Virus record (IMG/VR): IMGVR_UViG_3300010276_000006
Location: 1-31,174 of that record
Reading direction: 5' to 3' (one strand)
DNA: 31,174 nucleotides
Source of the DNA: a virus
Taxonomy: Duplodnaviria; Caudoviricetes
Shown here piece by piece: positions 24,701 through 31,174 of the stretch; position 1 is the first letter of the stretch, and each line of letters begins with the position of its first letter. The notes under the pieces were generated by a model. The model searched no databases. It worked only from the letters and a program-made list of their open reading frames with translations, and was not told the origin of the DNA. Made by a program: the position numbers and the translations under genes.

Positions 24701-25336
24701 TTATTTGGACGCAACGAATTTGATGTCTTTTCCTGACCATACGTCCGGTTTGAATCTTATCTCTAAGGTTTTCCAGTCTTCCGGTACTTCGTATCCGACT
24801 ACTCCGGCCATCTTTTTGCCGGCGGATACGGTCCCGTCAAGCTGATTTTTCTCGGAAGCGAGCATGGCGGAGAGACTTAAATTTTGCGAATAATCATCTA
24901 TGTAAGTCTCAAAAGACAAAAGCGAGCTTACAACGATATCCTTGTCTGAATTGTTTTCTATTTCAAAAGAGCAAAGTACAAACACATTTCCAGATGAAGG
25001 CTTAAATAAATCGGTGCCTTCGCTTTCAGATACGTCTGTTAAAGTTGCGACAACGTTGTTTAACGATACCTTTTCGCCGACTCCAAAAGTATTTTGGTTT
25101 TGTGCGACGGTACCAACCGCAGGTGAAGCTGTAAACGCTGAAGATGTATCGCTTACGAGTTTTGGCTCATCATTACCGCCCAAGATTGAAGCTATAATTC
25201 CGAATACCGCAAAAACAATTATTAAGCCGACAAGTGTACGTGCTAGTTGATGCTGTCTTGCTCCGCATTGAGAGCACCTGTTTGCGGTTTTAGCTATTTC
25301 TGCTCCGCAGGTTTTGCATTTAACCAGCTTTTTCAT
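24701..25336 (-). CDS. Moron: membrane-anchored DUF4352-like protein with N-terminal zinc ribbon
   Basis: CKTCG..IAK.A..CSQCG, TM LVGLIIVFAVFGIIASIL, then FGVGEKV...KP..GN.FV....IEN.SD.DI.VSS...F...LDGTV.AGKK..G.V.YEVP.D; AT-rich; only credible - strand gene. Confidence 0.85.
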   Translation of the reverse strand: MKKLVKCKTCGAEIAKTANRCSQCGARQHQLARTLVGLIIVFAVFGIIASILGGNDEPKLVSDTSSAFTASPAVGTVAQNQNTFGVGEKVSLNNVVATLTDVSESEGTDLFKPSSGNVFVLCSFEIENNSDKDIVVSSLLSFETYIDDYSQNLSLSAMLASEKNQLDGTVSAGKKMAGVVGYEVPEDWKTLEIRFKPDVWSGKDIKFVASK

Positions 25337-25358
25337 AAAATCACCCCATTTTAGTCAA

Positions 25359-25387
25359 TATATACCACAATTTTTAAATTTTGTCAA
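25359..25387 (-). promoter_or_regulatory. Sigma-A promoter of the moron
   Basis: On - strand TTGACA, 17 bp spacer, TGn-TATATA; GGGGTGA RBS at 25341-25347. Confidence 0.7.
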
Positions 25388-25410
25388 CAAAAATTTCAGG
25401 TGGTGAAACC

Positions 25411-27579
25411 ATGAGCGACGGTGCGATAGTGTTTTCTACAGCTCTCGACAATTCTCAGCTGGAAAAGCAGCTGAACAGTCTATCGAAGAAAATAAGTGCA
25501 ATTGAAGATAAAATTGCCCAGAAGCAGGCCGAGCGCGCGCCGCTTGCCGAGCAGTCCGCAGCCCTGGCCGCGCAGCTTGATGCCGCGAAAGCCCGCCTTG
25601 AATATATGAAGAGCGCTCAGGAGACTTTCTCTAGCGCCGCTATCGCCCAGCAGGAAGAGACAGTTAACGCACTTCAGACTAAGTGGAATGCGATTCAGAC
25701 GCAGGTTGAGCGGTACGATGCCGTCATCAAGAACGCCACAATCGAACTTGACCGCAATAAAGAGAGAGCTGGAGCTATTGCCGCGGAATTAGCGGCGGCG
25801 GGCAGTAATTCAAATGTGATGACCGGAGCCCTTAACAGAGCAAGTGTAAGCATGGATAGAATTCTAACGCGCATAAGGCGATTAGCCGCCCGCGTTATGT
25901 TCTTCTCGGTTATCACAATGGCGCTTAGGTCTGTCCGAAGATGGTTGAGCGACATCGTAAAAGCCAGCCCGGAAGCTTCGGCAGCAATCGCAAAGCTCAA
26001 AGCGGCCTTGCTTACGATGGTACAGCCCCTTGTTAATGTCGTAATTCCCGCATTTACCACTTTGGTAAACCTGCTTGCTAGGGTAGTGACTGTAATCGCG
26101 CAATTTTTGTCTATGCTGTTCGGAACCACGCTCGAACAGTCAGCAATGTCGGCCGAGGCGCTATATAACGAAGCAGAAGCGCTTGACGAAACCGGAGCGG
26201 CCGCCAAAAAAGCGTCCAAACAGCTTGCGGCGTTTGATGAGATAAATAAGCTCGGAGACAGCTCCGGTGGAAGCTCTAGCAACAAAATCAAACCTGTTTT
26301 TTCAGCGCTAGTCGCCGAAAACACCAAGGAACAATTGAACGCTATCCTTGAAATTGTTAGCGCAATAGGCGCGGGACTGCTGGCCTGGAAGATTACCTCG
26401 ATGTTTACGAAAAGCTTATCCACCGTTGCTGGAATTGCGGCGGCCGCAGCTGGAGCGGTTATGCTGGTCTACAACTGGCTCGATGCGTGGAACAGGGGAA
26501 TTACCTGGAAAAATCTTAACGGGATACTAGCAGGCCTCGCAGCAGTCACCGTTGGTTTAGCTGTCGCCTTCGGCTCTCTCGCGGCGGGCATTGCATTTGT
26601 CGTAGGCGGACTGGCATTGCTGGTTGTCGGCATAAAGGACGTTATAAAAAACGGCTTAAACCTGCAAAACGTGCTTGCTATCATTGCCGGCATGCTCGCA
26701 ACGGGTCTGGGAATTTCATTGATTACTGGATCTTGGATCCCGATGCTAATTGCGGCAATTGCATCTGTATTGCTGGCAATAACATACATGACAGGGCACG
26801 GCGGAGAATTGATTGCAGGGCTTAAAGAAATCCTCGGGGGCTTCATTGATTTTTTCAAAGGCGTTTTCACCAGGGATTTTACTTTGGCTGCCGAGGGCAT
26901 AAATCGAATTTTTGAGGGGGTTGAAACCGTATTTGGGGCGGTTATCGACGGCATTAAAGATGCGTTCTTATCTTTCCTGAATTGGCTTGATGAAAAGACG
27001 GAAGGAAAGCTCAGCGCGATAATAGATGCGGTCCGAATAGCCTTTAGCGGTTTGGTGGATGGAATCAAACAGATTTTTAACGGCCTGATAGAGTTCTTGA
27101 CCGGTGTGTTTACAGGTGATTGGTCAAGGGCATGGGACGGAGTCAAGCAAATCTTCAAAGGGGCTTGGAACAGCATCGTTGGCCTGCTGGAGAGTGCAGT
27201 GAACCTGATTATCAAGGGCGTCAACTGGCTAATTAGTCAGCTTAACAAAATCCATTTCGAGGTTCCGGACTGGGTTCCGGTTATCGGCGGAAAATCTTAC
27301 GGCATCAACATTCCTTCGATTCAACCTGTCCAGATACCACGCCTCGCCACCGGAGCCGTTATCCCTCCGAACCGTGAATTCCTCGCGGTCCTCGGTGACC
27401 AGAAGAGCGGTATGAACATCGAAGCGCCGCTTGAAACAATTGTGGAAGCGTTTAGGCGCGCCGGCGGCGGAGAAATCACTATAAATCTAACAATACCTCT
27501 CGACGGTGAAGTTATATATCGAAATCAGCTAAAAGTCGCGCGCCGGCACGGACAATCTTTCGTTAGGGGAGAGGCATAA
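25411..27579 (+). CDS. Tail tape measure protein
   Basis: 722 aa from ATG 25411 (AGGTGGTG RBS); DG.I...T.LDN start, coiled coil, LA.FDEINKL, hydrophobic middle, F.TGVFTGDW..AW.GVKQIF repeats, IPRLATG.VIP..EFLA.LGD. Confidence 0.92.
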   Translation: MSDGAIVFSTALDNSQLEKQLNSLSKKISAIEDKIAQKQAERAPLAEQSAALAAQLDAAKARLEYMKSAQETFSSAAIAQQEETVNALQTKWNAIQTQVERYDAVIKNATIELDRNKERAGAIAAELAAAGSNSNVMTGALNRASVSMDRILTRIRRLAARVMFFSVITMALRSVRRWLSDIVKASPEASAAIAKLKAALLTMVQPLVNVVIPAFTTLVNLLARVVTVIAQFLSMLFGTTLEQSAMSAEALYNEAEALDETGAAAKKASKQLAAFDEINKLGDSSGGSSSNKIKPVFSALVAENTKEQLNAILEIVSAIGAGLLAWKITSMFTKSLSTVAGIAAAAAGAVMLVYNWLDAWNRGITWKNLNGILAGLAAVTVGLAVAFGSLAAGIAFVVGGLALLVVGIKDVIKNGLNLQNVLAIIAGMLATGLGISLITGSWIPMLIAAIASVLLAITYMTGHGGELIAGLKEILGGFIDFFKGVFTRDFTLAAEGINRIFEGVETVFGAVIDGIKDAFLSFLNWLDEKTEGKLSAIIDAVRIAFSGLVDGIKQIFNGLIEFLTGVFTGDWSRAWDGVKQIFKGAWNSIVGLLESAVNLIIKGVNWLISQLNKIHFEVPDWVPVIGGKSYGINIPSIQPVQIPRLATGAVIPPNREFLAVLGDQKSGMNIEAPLETIVEAFRRAGGGEITINLTIPLDGEVIYRNQLKVARRHGQSFVRGEA

Positions 27580-27977
27580 TGAACTATGTAAGAATAAACG
27601 GAATTTCCTTTGACGTGGATGTCGCCATCTCGGACTATGAGGAGAGCTTTGATGTGCTGGACGGAGAAAACGCCGAGCGTTCCGTGCTGACCGGCAGGAT
27701 GATCCGAGACATTATCGGCACGTACATAGGGCATAAGGTCACCTTCTTCAACGGGAAAAGCAATGAAGCCTTCGATGCTCTGTGGGACTATCTTGTAAAA
27801 CATTCCGTAGACGACAGCGTGATGCTCGAGGCGGCCGACGGCCAGAGAACGATTGCTTACGAAGCTTATTACACGCACGGCCAGAGAAAGCTTAAGAAAG
27901 TCGAGGATGGAGTTAATTATTGGGACGAGCTCGAAGTTAACTTCATCCCGATGGACGCGCAGGTGAAGCCATCATGA
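27579..27977 (+). CDS. Distal tail (Dit-like) protein
   Basis: 132 aa after TMP; DGENA.R..TGRMIRDIIG, W..L.VNFI.M. Confidence 0.7.
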   Translation: MNYVRINGISFDVDVAISDYEESFDVLDGENAERSVLTGRMIRDIIGTYIGHKVTFFNGKSNEAFDALWDYLVKHSVDDSVMLEAADGQRTIAYEAYYTHGQRKLKKVEDGVNYWDELEVNFIPMDAQVKPS

Positions 27978-29455
27978 GCGCTAAATTAGTGTATAAAGAC
28001 ATAGCCGTCGGAGCTGCAGAGGATGCTTATATAACCTCTGACAGCGCCGATGCTAGGTCTGACATATCTAAGCTTCCATTCGGGGTTATTCATCCAGACC
28101 TCGCGACGCTGGAACTTAACGCTTGGGGCGGCAACGGAAAGAAGAAGATTTATAACGGGCAGGAAGTGGCCCTTATCTCGAAGGCGATGTCCGGTGCTGA
28201 CTGCACATTCTCTACGCCGCCGTCATTTAAGGTCGAATTTGACTCGAACTACACAACCCTCGGCATCTCGTTCCGGTTCGCGACAGAGTCAGTCGATTAC
28301 CCGACGTCTCTCACTATCAAATGGTACCGGGGCGCAACGCTGCTGGACCAAAAAACCTTTCGCCCTGACGGGCCCAGCTACTTTTGCGAGAATACCGTAA
28401 TCGCCTTTAACAAGCTGGTTGTCACCATCAACGCCACGAACCTTCCGTATCGATATGCGCGCATTGAGCAGATAATGTTCGGAGTCGTGCGTGAGTTCAC
28501 CGGCGGGGAAATCGGCCGCGTTGAAATATTGCAGGAGGTTAATCTGATATCCACTAAAATATCCTTCAACACTCTTAACTGGACCCTACAAAGCAAAACC
28601 GGAGTGAATTACATATTCCAGGCCAAGCAACCTATATACGCATACAACAGCGGAAGCCTGATAGGCGTTTTCTATATCGATGACGGCGCGAAAAAGCTAA
28701 CGGACAAAAAGTACACCATACCCTGTACTGATGCCATCGGCGTGCTCGATACGATACCATTTGAAGCGGTTATGTACTCGAACAAGAACGCCGTTGAGGC
28801 GCTGACCGAGATTGTTAACGGTGCTTTTGAGCTGGAAATTGATCCCTCGCTTTTATCGGAAACGGTTACGGGCCTGAATCCGAAAGGGACGAAGCGCACC
28901 GCGATTCAGCAGATTGCTTTTGCTATTGGGGCGGTTGTGGATACATCAGGTACGGATAAAATTAAGATTTATCGCGCTCCCATGTCGGACCCGTCGGAGA
29001 TTCCCGCTGCAAAAGTGTACTCGGCAGGGAGCGTCAAAACGGACTCGATTGTTACGGCCGTTATTATCGCCTACCATACATACACCGAAGGAAGCGGTAC
29101 GAGCGGCGACGATGTGATTGTTGTCGACGGCATCAAATACGTCCACACCTCCGGAACAGTGCGGATAGATAATCCAAATGTCACCCCGTCTGACAAAGAG
29201 AACATTAAGGTAATCGAGGACGCGACGCTTGTGAACGCCTCCAATGTCGCGGCCGTGGCAGCCAGAGTGTATGCCTATTATCAAAGGCGCGATACCTTGA
29301 ACAGTCGCATCGTTGTGAACGGCGAGCTACCCGGGGATTATGTTTCTGTTCCTACCAAATACAACGGAACGATAACCGGCCATATCGAGAGCATGAAGAT
29401 TAAGCTATCGAATACCACCGCAGCAGACATTGCCGTAAAGGCGGTGGGCACATGA
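27974..29455 (+). CDS. Baseplate hub / tail tip protein
   Basis: 493 aa beta-rich, GVFYID, C.DAIG.LD, R.A.QQIAFA, G.I.SM.I; position after Dit. Confidence 0.7.
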   Translation: MSAKLVYKDIAVGAAEDAYITSDSADARSDISKLPFGVIHPDLATLELNAWGGNGKKKIYNGQEVALISKAMSGADCTFSTPPSFKVEFDSNYTTLGISFRFATESVDYPTSLTIKWYRGATLLDQKTFRPDGPSYFCENTVIAFNKLVVTINATNLPYRYARIEQIMFGVVREFTGGEIGRVEILQEVNLISTKISFNTLNWTLQSKTGVNYIFQAKQPIYAYNSGSLIGVFYIDDGAKKLTDKKYTIPCTDAIGVLDTIPFEAVMYSNKNAVEALTEIVNGAFELEIDPSLLSETVTGLNPKGTKRTAIQQIAFAIGAVVDTSGTDKIKIYRAPMSDPSEIPAAKVYSAGSVKTDSIVTAVIIAYHTYTEGSGTSGDDVIVVDGIKYVHTSGTVRIDNPNVTPSDKENIKVIEDATLVNASNVAAVAARVYAYYQRRDTLNSRIVVNGELPGDYVSVPTKYNGTITGHIESMKIKLSNTTAADIAVKAVGT

Positions 29456-29934
29456 GCCTAGAGCTTATAACCGACAGAACGCAGGCCGACTATGAAGAGT
29501 GGCTGAAGCTGTCGCAGATACCGTGGGACAAAATGACTCCCGAGCAGAAAGCAAAGTGGTCTGTGCCGATGAAAGGGGCTTACAACTACACCGACCTTAA
29601 CCGCGTCGGGGAGGCCATTCTTGCGCTGCAGTCCATTTTGGCTGGCTATGGCTATTCGGTCGAGGTAGACGTCAGAACGGACTATACACTGGGAGAGTGG
29701 CCGACAAAGAGCGAGATGGATGCTTACGTCCAGAGCATAGCGAATATGCGGGCTGTCCTGGCCGTGCTGCCGACGACTCCGGATGCGCCTGAGAGCATGG
29801 ACGATGGCACGATAATAGTTTGGAACAATATCGAGATAATTTTGCGGGATGTAGAGATGCTAATCACTAACATGGCCGCCGCATTCCGTCACAGCGGCAC
29901 ATTTTGCTCCGGGCAAGGAGGACTGATACTGTGA
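29452..29934 (+). CDS. Baseplate/tail-associated protein
   Basis: LITDRTQAD, KGAYNYTDLNRV, N.IE.IL, SG.F.SG motifs typical of this slot. Confidence 0.65.
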   Translation: MSLELITDRTQADYEEWLKLSQIPWDKMTPEQKAKWSVPMKGAYNYTDLNRVGEAILALQSILAGYGYSVEVDVRTDYTLGEWPTKSEMDAYVQSIANMRAVLAVLPTTPDAPESMDDGTIIVWNNIEIILRDVEMLITNMAAAFRHSGTFCSGQGGLIL

Positions 29935-30485
29935 AAGACAGAATACCAACTGAAATCGTTGAAATAGCAGGGAAGCCTGGCGAATACGCAATACGATACG
30001 GCGAGTACGACGCGGAAGGTAATTTAATCGGGTACCGATATTTTGCACCAGCTGACGAGCCGATAGAGAAGGGGACGGCAATCAACAAGGCGTCCTTGCT
30101 CAAAGACGACACCGCCGCACTATACGGCCTCGGCGCGGACGCTGTGCCGGATGATGTGTTTGCGGCGATAAAACATACGCTTGACTTTAAGGCGCAAGCC
30201 GTTATTGGTTCCTACACAGGCGATGGCACAGATACGCGCACAATAGATATTGGATTTACACCAAGCTTTGTGTTCATCTGGTTAGATAATGCCAATGCGA
30301 CACCAACCCTTTGTTATAAAATATCCAGTTCGTCCGTATTAGTCACTCTTGCATATAGAGGACATAATACAACGCATACAACAACAAATGGCGGGTTTTT
30401 AGTGGGCGCATTAGATAAACCAACAAGCGGAAACAGCACCAATGAATCCAATTCCACATACCGCTATCTAGCGGTTGGTGTGTAG
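29931..30485 (+). CDS. Putative receptor-binding / tail fibre protein
   Basis: MKDRIP..ADEP.E.GT.INKA.LL.D.TA..GL..DA.PDD N-part; GSYTGDG..I.IGFTP..V.I...GF.VG...N....TYRYLA C-part; AAGGAGG RBS before GTG 29931. Confidence 0.65.
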   Translation: MKDRIPTEIVEIAGKPGEYAIRYGEYDAEGNLIGYRYFAPADEPIEKGTAINKASLLKDDTAALYGLGADAVPDDVFAAIKHTLDFKAQAVIGSYTGDGTDTRTIDIGFTPSFVFIWLDNANATPTLCYKISSSSVLVTLAYRGHNTTHTTTNGGFLVGALDKPTSGNSTNESNSTYRYLAVGV

Positions 30486-30496
30486 GAGGTGAAGAT

Positions 30497-30787
30497 ATGA
30501 CAATTATTAATAAAACCACAAAATCCGTCGAATCTCAGCCGTGGCGTAAAGAAAACTGGATGGGCGACGATTGGGTTGAAGTCCCGCTGCATCTCGAACA
30601 AGCCGCATTTGAAAACGCGGGGTACTGTGAACTTGTGTTTGACGATAACGGGGCCTTGGTTGATATTATCCCTACCGAGCGCCCGCCTGAGCCGGAGCCG
30701 ATGCCCGATTTGCAAGCGGACATGGCTGAGCTATTAATAGACCTTACATATAGGGTAACGCTTTTGGAACTGGGGGTGAGTATATGA
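30497..30787 (+). CDS. XkdW-like tail fibre-associated protein
   Basis: PPEPEP linker and C-terminal L.DL.YRVTLLELGV coiled segment; precedes XkdX-like gene. Confidence 0.55.
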   Translation: MTIINKTTKSVESQPWRKENWMGDDWVEVPLHLEQAAFENAGYCELVFDDNGALVDIIPTERPPEPEPMPDLQADMAELLIDLTYRVTLLELGVSI

Positions 30788-30924
30788 TTTACAGAGTAAT
30801 AAAGCAGCTTATAACCCTCGGACGCACCGACGGCCTGCGCGACAAAATCGATGTGCTTTTCGTAGCGGGCAGTCTCACCGACGAGCAGTACCAGGAGCTT
30901 GTAGAGATGCTCCCAGCAGAATAA
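30784..30924 (+). CDS. XkdX-like small protein (46 aa), absent from the ORF track
   Basis: GGGGGTGAG RBS, ATGA overlap; MIYRVIKQLI...KIDVLFVAGSLTDEQYQELVEML. Confidence 0.78.
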   Translation: MIYRVIKQLITLGRTDGLRDKIDVLFVAGSLTDEQYQELVEMLPAE

Positions 30925-30930
30925 TTCACA

Positions 30931-30955
30931 ACCGCCCCAGGGCGGTATTTTTATT
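30931..30955 (+). terminator. Intrinsic terminator ending the tail module
   Basis: ACCGCC-CCAG-GGCGGT-ATTTTTTATT. Confidence 0.75.
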
Positions 30956-30974
30956 GCAAAGTGAGGCGGTAACA

Positions 30975-31174
30975 ATGCCGGAGTTAGATGTCAAAGTTGC
31001 AGAGCTTGAGCAGCGCTGCAAATCCAATACGCACCGTTTAGATAAGATGGAGCAACGCCAAGACAATTTGGACAAGCTCGTTTCCTCGGTGGCGGCCCTA
31101 GCGCAGGAGCAGGAGCATATTAAGGAGGACGTGACCGAAATCAAGAGCGATGTCAAGTCATTAAAAGAGAAGCC
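30975..31174 (+). CDS. XhlA-like / holin-associated lysis protein (partial, runs off window)
   Basis: GTGAGG RBS; MPELDVKVAELEQRCKSNTHRLDKME...LVSSVAALA.EQ..IK.DV.EIK.DVK.LKEK; position after tail terminator. Confidence 0.7.
   Translation, partial: MPELDVKVAELEQRCKSNTHRLDKMEQRQDNLDKLVSSVAALAQEQEHIKEDVTEIKSDVKSLKEK

Larger units (their letters stand above)
1..31174 (+). mobile_element. Tailed phage / prophage genome segment (siphovirus-like, probable Clostridia host), early-replication region through start of lysis module
   Basis: Co-oriented, tightly overlapping genes in canonical order: recombination, replication, late regulator, terS/terL, portal, head, neck, tail, TMP, baseplate, holin. 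No sheath gene seen. Ends not in window. Confidence 0.97.

Noticed and set aside
29931-30485. Diversity-generating retroelement or invertible tail-fibre switch
   Set aside because: No second copy of the region, reverse transcriptase, invertase or flanking inverted repeats seen.

Overview
The whole window is a large internal part of one tailed-phage genome (siphovirus-like; prophage or free phage cannot be decided because no integrase, repressor, att site or host gene is present). Gene order, Shine-Dalgarno usage, an AbrB-type regulator and A118/SPP1-type head and tail genes point to a Bacillota (probably Clostridia) host; this is inference. Almost everything is on the + strand. The order is: small early genes; AbrB-like regulator; recombination module (SbcC/SMC-like ATPase, Sak4-like ATPase, PD-(D/E)XK nuclease, SSB); replication module (stand-alone CHC2 zinc finger, DUF927 helicase, iteron-rich putative origin, SF2 helicase); VRR-NUC, Lar-like, HAD and DUF5664-like genes; late activator; a metallophosphoesterase; terminases, portal, minor head, scaffold and major capsid; neck and tail genes; tape measure; baseplate/RBP; XkdW/XkdX-like genes; and the start of an XhlA-like holin. 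Two cargo elements stand out. (1) The minor head (MuF-type) protein carries a C-terminal BECR-like ribonuclease toxin domain, followed by a small acidic candidate immunity gene that appears to have its own sigma-A promoter hidden inside the toxin coding sequence and its own terminator. (2) An antisense, self-contained moron (zinc ribbon-TM-DUF4352-like) sits between the tail chaperone and tape-measure genes, a slot known for superinfection-exclusion genes. All family assignments come from motif recognition by eye, not from database searches.
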